A stretch of DNA of 64,000 nt from Octopus vulgaris (taxonomy: Eukaryota). Made by a program: the position numbers and the translations under genes. The notes beneath the pieces are model-generated. The model searched no databases. It was given only the letters and a program-made list of their open reading frames with translations, and was not told the origin of the DNA. Shown here piece by piece: positions 53,581 through 64,000 of the stretch (positions within the stretch are counted from its first letter, which is position 1; the number at the start of each line of letters is the position of its first letter). The stretch spans positions 71,858,001-71,922,000 of the forward strand of contig OX597825.1 of assembly GCA_951406725.2 (NCBI GenBank). Direction: 5' to 3'.

Positions 53581-55423
53581 CATCAACTCCACCCTTATCT
53601 TCTCCGAGTTGAACTTGAAAAAGTTGAACGATGCATGACCAAAGACGAAAACATGTGCCGCCAGATGTTTTAATTTTCACCTTACAAACTCTTTCTTCAT
53701 AGCCACGAAGGTGTCAGAAAGACTCAGGCATTGAAAGAGTGTATGCAATACAGTGTCATAGCTTTGCGCGAATCTCTAATAGATTTCAACGTTGCTTGTA
53801 AAGTTTACCGCGAGCTCGCAAACACCCTAAGCTAGGGAGGTCTAAAAGTCGTGCATAGTTACCAAGCAGAATGCCCTCTGAACTAGACTATGGTCCCCGA
53901 GTACGTCATGGCCCTTGGTCAGCAGTAACCCTTATTATAAACGAAAATGTTTAGGACCACCGACAATACAGCGCTACTGAAGAATTTCATATAATTTCAG
54001 ATGTCAAAAGCTTAATCCTGATTTTCGATTGAGCTACAACCACTGCCCCATCCGAGACGATCCGTGCAAAGACATGCCTAGCAAATAACGACTACGCCTG
54101 TCACACTTTTCAAGAATCTCTGCAAATGTTGCACAACGCATTGAGTTCTTTATGCAGAAGGGTTTGGAAAGAGATGTACCTTTTGAACGAAATAATAAGT
54201 TCGTTCCTCTAAAAGTGAAGAATAGTAAAGGCGATTAAACGCTCGCCATTTCTGTCTGACCATATAGGGATTAATTCTCAGGGCTGTTTTTTTTTAGTAG
54301 ACTGGCTACCCTTATTGCATTCCCGTTCCCGTTTTTGCCAACCTAGAGGCCTTGCCCGTACCAGATACTATGTTCCATGTCCCGTGACGGTACCGAACTA
54401 CATGCCCACGATTTTTTTTATTACTGTGTGCTTGCTTTAACCTGTGTAACTTCAGTGTAGTGCTAACCACCAGAATGATCCGACACGTTTGGGCCACACC
54501 CAGATTAGAACAACCTGGAAATCCATTCGTTACTAGTCAGACTGTTGGAACTGCTTGACTAAGTTTGTGTGACTTTCACAATCCTCTGTCACGTTGGTTA
54601 TGCCTACGCTATCCCAGCTTGCGCTCAAGATGACATTCTACTTGTTCACCAAAGAAAGCGTGTGCCGCCCAGGAAAACACTTCTTCACGCTTGAAGAAAT
54701 CTGGCCAGTGTATTCCAAACAGCAAATAAGTGGATCCAAATCTGAAGTCTCCACCTCCACACTTGTTCACATTTCGCACCGCTTGCTCACCATCCGAGCC
54801 CTGAAAACTCGTCCGCATCTCGAGTTCTATGCCATTCCGAAAAGTATGATCTGAGCCGACCGAATGACACATATACCTTCTACGCTCCGAGAGAGAAAGC
54901 GTAAATAACTGACTTCTGGAAATTCTGGTCTCACTGATTACTCCTACATGTAAGTTTCAGTGACCTGAGGTCATTAAGAAAGGGATTTGCATGAAAATTG
55001 AATCCAGGATTTGTGTATTTACGCCACTGATATTTCCATGAGAGAATCAATGTAAGAGTTCATTTTATATTTCGCTGCCCGAGGAATCACTTTACACGGG
55101 TCAGCATAGCTTTCTGTCTTCCTATAACGTTGCATATACAAATTTCATTCTGGATTCTTCGTTCTGAATTTCGTTCTGAATTTTTCATGTGAAAATTTCA
55201 GCGGCTTCTGATATGATCCTGACCTGGATTTTATCAATTGTCTCCGACATCAATTAAGGACGCCTCAGTGTGATTTGCGAAAGAAACGAGACCGAGAAGC
55301 GCCAGTAGCTACTGATGTAGGATCAACTTTGAATGATATGTTTTACTGTTGTTGTTGTATATGTGAGTGTGTCTGTGCATACACACACACGCATATACAT
55401 ACATACATACGTACATACATACA

Positions 55424-55457
<34 letters not shown>

Positions 55458-55518
55458 CGTACATAATACATACATACATACACACACACGCATATACATA
55501 CATACGTACATACATACA

Positions 55519-55554
<36 letters not shown>

Positions 55555-55711
55555 CATAAAAGTAAATAAATGGTACAAAGTACCGATATTTACTGGAAAA
55601 TAGCGAACGTAATAAATACTATTCTTTACTGTTGTTGTATATGTGTGTGTGTCTGTGCATACACACACACGCATATACATACATACATACATACATACAT
55701 ACATACATACA

Positions 55712-55747
<36 letters not shown>

Positions 55748-56043
55748 TATACATATATATTTTCATATATATATATATATATAGGTGAATTCGTCAAAGA
55801 CAATTCATCTCCAGATAAAACTAGAGCGAGAGATACAGAGAGCATTAACTGAGGACTTATAATAAACTTTTTTTCTTAATGACCAAACTACGACTACATG
55901 ACAATTTGTTTTTCCTAAAGAGAACAATATGTGTCAATAACAGCACCTTCCAATTTTAAAATCCTCAGCATTTTTGTTTTCGAGGCTTTGTCATAATTCC
56001 ATGAGAAAACTGGTTAAAATTTCAGTACTCTGAAGCTCATACA

Positions 56044-56180
56044 ATGGTTCTTCAATATATAGAAACAGAGAAACGACGAAAAAAAAAATTAGTTCATGAT
56101 GGATATATTCTATAAAAATAGAGAGAATGGAGCCAAGATTTACTGGAAGTGTGATAAATATCAAAAATATAAGTTCTATC
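56044..56180 (+). mobile_element. FLYWCH-like zinc-finger start, probably a Mutator-like transposase relic
   Basis: MVLQYIETEKRRKKKLVHDGYI, frameshift, then FYKNRENGAKIYWKCDKYQ; truncated by microsatellites. Confidence 0.45.
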
Positions 56181-56205
56181 AACCTATCTCCCTCCCTCAC
56201 ACACA

Positions 56206-56237
<32 letters not shown>

Positions 56238-56422
56238 GCATGTATGTATATATGTATGTACGTATGTATGTATGTGTATAGTCGATATCTATACGCAATT
56301 TAACAATAGGTTTAGATATAAAAAAAGGACAAAATAATAAAACTGTGCCTTTCCCAAATGAAACCGGGCTAAGTACATCCAACTACAAAGATCACACAGA
56401 CACACACACAGACACACACACA

Positions 56423-56494
<72 letters not shown>

Positions 56495-56927
56495 TATGTC
56501 TGCATTGATGAGGATAATAAGTATGGTCTCCGCTCTGCTGACCAGTCCAAGCAGATGGTTTTCAGGCATCTGTCTGAACAAGATAGTATCAGCCCAGGCC
56601 GACAGTGTGTCAAACCGGTGCAACGCACTGTTGGCTAAAAGTGATGTTCGTGCGATAACGTTTTCTTGTTTCAATTGACACTACGTCATTGAGACACCTT
56701 GATAGAATTGTGATTGAAGTGTGTGTATGCGTAGGGGTAGTCGGTGATGGTGGTGGTGGTGTTGGTGGTTGGATGAGCGGGATAGTAGGAGAAGGGAGAG
56801 GAAGTTGAGTGTACGAAGGAGTTGGAGACGAGCAAAGAGTGAGAAATGGGGTTTTAGGGGCAAAAGACTTTGGCCTGAGATAGATAAACGCACGCACACG
56901 CACATACACACATCTACCTATCTATTA

Positions 56928-57001
<74 letters not shown>

Positions 57002-57008
57002 ATATAAC

Positions 57009-57187
<179 letters not shown>

Positions 57188-57283
57188 GACACATTTATAC
57201 ATAAGTTCTTATATGCGTGTATGAGCATGAGAGAGAGGGTGAAAGTCTGAAAGTACAGTATGTATATAGGTAGATAGACAGAC

Positions 57284-57395
<112 letters not shown>

Positions 57396-57712
57396 TTAGA
57401 CCGATGACCATAGGGATATGAAGTCGAAGAGAGAAAGAGAATAGAGATGTCGGTTGAAAAGACAGGGGCAAAACTGTTGGTGATAGGAAACAGAAAGGGT
57501 GGGGACAAAAAGGTGGGAGGGGGGACGAAAAGAAGATAAGAGAAAAGAAGATAAGATGGGGACGAAAAAAAGATGGATGAAGAATAACTAAGTTTCGGGT
57601 GGGATAGAGGCAATGTGAGAAAGAAAAGGCGAGAAAAAGAGAAAGAACTGGGCGAGCGAAAGTGTAATAAGAAGGGAGAGAAAGAATGGAAAATTTGGAG
57701 AGAGACGGGGCA

Positions 57713-57743
<31 letters not shown>

Positions 57744-58276
57744 CGTTAGTGCGGATAATAGATAAACGATGGGGGTTATTGTGTGATTTCAATCATTTAT
57801 GATGTTTCTATTGTAGTAGAAGAGAAAGGGTAGAAAAAGAAGGAAAAGGATCAGGGGAAGTAGGTAGAGAAGGAGATGAAGAGTCAGGTAGAATACAGTA
57901 ACAGAACAGAATAGAGCAGAAATAATGCTCTACATGTTTGTTTAAGTGTGGTATGCATACACAGACATACACACACGCACACACATACATAGAAACATAC
58001 ATACATACGTACATACATGCATGCTTATATGCATAAGTAATGAGCAGCATGCATGAAACACTTTGTCGTTTAGTCGCTTTGTAACTTCTGCTGCCGATTA
58101 TAATAGAAAATAGTAGCTGTGTGGTAAGTAGTTTGCTTGCCAACCACATGGTTCCGGGTTCAGTCCCACCGTGTGGCGCCTTGGCCAAGTGTCTTCTAGT
58201 ATAGCCTCGGACCGACCAAAGCCTTGTGAGTGGATTTGGTAGACGGAAACTGAAGGAAGCCCGTCGTATATATGTG

Positions 58277-58339
<63 letters not shown>

Positions 58340-58453
58340 GTGCGTGCGTGTGAGTGTGAGTGTCTACATACATTTGTATGTATACACACATATATATATT
58401 TATTTATATACATTTATTTATACACACACACACACACACATATACATATATAT

Positions 58454-58540
<87 letters not shown>

Positions 58541-59266
58541 CACACAGACTAACATACAAAAGTATACACGCGTGCGCGGACTTATATTTACATATGCACA
58601 CATACTTTTGTATATTAAGAAAAAACACGTCTCTGTTCGCGTTTAATAAAGTTATTTTCCGTTTTATAAAATATTTTCCGTATCTGTTTATTACTTCTGA
58701 ATAATTAATATGAAACAAAACTGATTCTTGATTTGGGCAGAAGGCGAACAGTTTTGAGTGCGACGGGGGAAGTTCACGCAATCAAACTCAGCATATGACT
58801 GGTAATTCATTTGATCGAACCTGGAGGGCTGGAAAGTAAAGTTGCACATTAGCTGAAATCGACGTCAGAGCTGTAAAGAGCCAGAAAAAATAAGCTAGGC
58901 AATTTTTGCAACGTCGTAACACTTTGCTAGCTCATCCTTTTTAATTAAAAACAATAATATATACTTTGATCTATTTCCATTGAAATTCATTTGAGGACTT
59001 TCTCTGGTTCATCATCAGGATTAAATGATAACAACAACCAATGGAATACCATTATATATGATAAAATTACGAACTGCTGATTTAAGATGTTTTATCCGTT
59101 AATCTTCGTAGATTTCAAGTTTATTTTGCATATGACATACCTGTATGCTAATTTTAGTTTGCATATTTAAATATTAATAAAATCCATAATATTTTACATA
59201 TTTTAATTTCTTTCTTATATGCATTTATATTGACTACATATATTTTTCTATATATTACGCACACAC

Positions 59267-59311
<45 letters not shown>

Positions 59312-59607
59312 ATACACAATATGTATAATATATATGTATATATGTGTGTGAGTGTTTATTATACACATATAAATTAGAAAAATTATAAAGTTTGCACACC
59401 TACACACACATTTATGTATGCTTGTATGCGTTTATGTGCTCGTATAATATGTAAAGCTGTATATATATGCCCAATCATACATACCTACATACATGCGTGT
59501 ATATATACATACATAAATACATATCACCCATATATGTATATATATATATATCACATATATGTATATATATATATCACACATGTATCTGTACACACACACA
59601 CATATAT

Positions 59608-59670
<63 letters not shown>

Positions 59671-60432
59671 CGCACACACACACGCACAAACACACACACA
59701 CATACACACACACACGGTATCTAAATAAATATATTGTTAGATATTCTACTAAAGAGAAAAAAGAAAGAATGGATTTCTAAATTCACATACCTAAATCTAT
59801 AGATAGATAGATGAACAGATAGATATAGAGACATATAGCATGTGTCTGAATGTATGTGTGTATTTGTGTGTGTGTGTGTGTGTATGTGAGCGTGTGTGTG
59901 TGTAAATATGTATACTGACGCAGACACATACACATATATGCATAAATATGAATGTATTTGTGTGTGTATGCGCGTGAGATAGACAGATTGATAGATTGAT
60001 AGCAGAAGTGAGGTTTCTTTTGGCTCGTCCAAAATGAATTAATGTTCGCTTGCCAAACGACATGACTCTTTCAAAAGAAAGACATCTAGCTTGGGACAAT
60101 TTTGAGTGCTTTCCATCGGCAATCACAGCAGTGTGTGACAGCTATAAAACTTTCTATACTTTCGGAAACAATTGACCGATACGGCTGAATGACAGAAAGA
60201 AAGAAATAGATAATATATAATAATAATAATGATAATAATAATAATAATATGATAAAATGAAATGAAATAAAGTGAGTGAATACATAAATTCATAAATATG
60301 AAGGCAAAAAGTCATGGTGGAACTGAGAGTTTGTAGTTGAGATACAGACAACGGGTGTAGATAAAGACAAGAATACACAGACACGCACAAACGCACATAA
60401 ATATTTATAATATATGTATGTATACACACACG

Positions 60433-60508
<76 letters not shown>

Positions 60509-60719
60509 CCTATATCTATATGTATATATACATGCATATATGGGTACAGGACACCAAAAAAAAAAAACGTTGAACACATATGTATGAATGTATAAATATA
60601 TATGTAAATATATATGTATGTTCGTACGTATGTATGTATGCATATAATAATATATCACACAGATGTTATTCATGTTCCGGGCGCCGTGGTTCTCTCGTTG
60701 ATGTGTAGATTTTGCTAAC

Positions 60720-60847
<128 letters not shown>

Positions 60848-61534
60848 TTAGCCTTGTCCTTGTCTTTTGCTATCCGTTGTCGCTAACGCGCCTAAGGTAT
60901 TCATTACGAATAAAGCGGACATCATTAAAACCCCTAATTTCTTCTCTCCGGCCTTTCTCCTCTCCGCTGCTCCATTGAAGATTGAAATCTGCTTATTCCC
61001 ATGGTCAGTAAAAATAATAAACTCTTTCGTTAAGATTTCCAGCTGCTCTCGTTCAGTTTGATTTAGTTATGAAGACTAATGTATTTTGGCGGATCTGCAA
61101 CGCCAATCCATTATATCTGTTTTCCTTCTTTTCTTTTCTATTTTTTTTTAGTTGTTTCAGTTATTTAACTGTGGCCAACGAATCGAGCCCCACCTACCGT
61201 ATTTATCTTTTTAAAGCCTGGTACATATTCTGCCAGTCTTCTTGCCGAACCTCTAAGTTACAGGGATACAAACAAACTAGCACCGGTTGGCAAGCGATAG
61301 TGGTGGATAAGCACAAAAATAAAGACTCATACATAGATATATACATATATACGACGAGTTTCTTTCATCATCATCATCATGCCTATTTTTAAAAAATATA
61401 TTTTCGGATATGGTATGTGGTTGTTATATGTTTCGACAGTGTAGCGAGATCGTATAGGTACTTTCGATTTAAGGCCGATCTCTCCGACAAAATCTTCGTG
61501 AAATAAGATAGGAGTGGCCGTGTGGTAAGTAGCC

Positions 61535-61936
61535 AGGCGTAGGAGCGGCTGTTTGGTAAGTAGCTTGCTTACCAACCACATAGTTTCGGGTTCAGTCCCA
61601 CTGCGTGGCACCTTGGGCAAGTGTCTTCTACTGTAGCCTCAGGCCGACCAAAGCCTTGTGAGACGGAAACTGAAAGAAGCCCGTCGTATATATATATATA
61701 TATATATATACATATGTATGTGTGTGTGCATGTGTTTGTGTGTCTGTGTTTGTCCCCCCAACATGGCTTGACAAACCGATGCTGGTGAGTTTACGTCCCC
61801 GTAACTTGGCGGTTCGGCAAAAGAGACCGATAGAATAAGTACTAGGCTTACAAAGAATATGTCCCGTGGTCGATTTGCTCGACCAAAGGCGGTGCTCCAG
61901 CATGGCCACAGTCAAATGAGTGGAACGAGTAAAGAG
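61535..61936 (+). mobile_element. SINE family B, full-length copy
   Basis: High identity to the 26720 copy; preceded by a duplicated head fragment at about 61510-61534. Confidence 0.92.
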
Positions 61937-62049
61937 TATCATAGAATTTGTTAGCGTTTTAAGGTTAAAAGTTGATTTTGATAGGATCCACGGTGCTTGG
62001 CAAAGATTTACGACTTCAGACTATCATGTATTAAATCTTGTCGTTGACT

Positions 62050-62717
<668 letters not shown>

Positions 62718-63800
62718 AGGTAGAAGAATAAACATTAGCTAGCATAAGGGAAATAGAATTATTTAGAGAATGAATAATTTAGAGATAATTCAGTAGTTTT
62801 AATCGAATTACTCATTTCAGAGATATAAATTATATGACATTACAAACTGATAGGGATGACAACCAGCCTTTTCCTTTTCAATGACAATAACCATGTTTGA
62901 TTTAGGTACAGGGCCGCAATTTTGAAGAGAGGATTATTAATCGATACCATGAACTTCAGCATTTAATTAGCACTTTATTTTATCGACCCTGAAAAGATGA
63001 CAGGGACAATTCATCTTGACAGGATTTGAACTCGGTATATAAAGAGGTAGAACAAATACGACAAAGCATTTTTTTGCAACACTCTAACGATTCTACCGAC
63101 TCGCCTACGTTAACATTACATCAAAGATCATTTCTAGAGAAGAGCAGCATTTTATAAAAATTATATAAAAGGCCTGGAGTTTGATATATACGAATACAAC
63201 AACACTTCAGTCTTGCCTATAGATAAAAGTACACATTCACCCAAATCTCATTTATTTCACCCAAAGTATGTATACGATATCCTTTTGTTCATTTTTAAAA
63301 ATAAATACTTATACAGCTATAATCTCTGTAATCAGCTTTCACACCTATCTGCTTTATTTATCTCTGTTTTCAATGGTTTTGCAGTCATTACTCTCACCAC
63401 TACGATCACATTCTTTGCATTGTTTAGTCACTGCAGGCGTGGCTGTGTGGTAAGATGATTGTTTTCCAGTCACATAGTTCGAGTTCAATCCTATTGCATG
63501 TTACCTTTAGCAAGTTTCTTCTCCCACAAAGCTTTGCATGTGGATTCGGTAGACGGAAAGTGAAAAATACTCGCTATACATATATATATGTATATATATA
63601 TATATATATATAACATTATATAATTAGGGCTTAGTAAAATAAATTACTTTGCCACATACTGAACTTTCTAGAAATAGCAGCCAAAAAAGTTTTTTTTAGC
63701 CATTTCCACTACTTAAAGAAAATTTCTCTCAGATAATGTTTACTCAAAATAACTTACGAAGGTATGGCGGTAAAAACAGAAAAATATCACAAGTATAAGT

Positions 63801-63850
<50 letters not shown>

Positions 63851-63868
63851 CGACTGGTGGGGTACAAA

Positions 63869-63923
<55 letters not shown>

Positions 63924-64000
63924 GTCAAGTTTTGGCTGCTATTTCCAGCGTGGAGGTATCTTTAGGTACCCTAAATTATAATTTTAATAATAATTATTAC

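Overview
AT-rich, microsatellite-saturated animal genomic DNA. The repeat landscape suggests an octopus or other coleoid cephalopod; this is inference, not a database match. The only host gene is goosecoid (gsc) on the + strand, with three coding exons: ..4030, 40560-40768 and 42158-42388. It has a 36.5-kb first intron, an eh1 motif (FTIDNIL), a K50 PRD-class homeodomain, and a possible 425-aa low-complexity N-terminal extension. The ORF track misses exons 2 and 3, and almost all other track ORFs are microsatellite artefacts. The rest of the window is transposon material: three tRNA-derived SINE families (labelled A, B and C here), a 5S rRNA-headed retroposon, a MITE carrying TTAGGG repeats, two Helitron-like copies, and decayed hAT-Charlie, R4/Dong-like, Tx1-like and FLYWCH/MULE-like remnants. 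The most unusual signal is a set of short, dispersed hammerhead-ribozyme-like motifs in Penelope/retrozyme style, two of them inside large fold-back palindromes. Several other inverted-repeat structures could form dsRNA.
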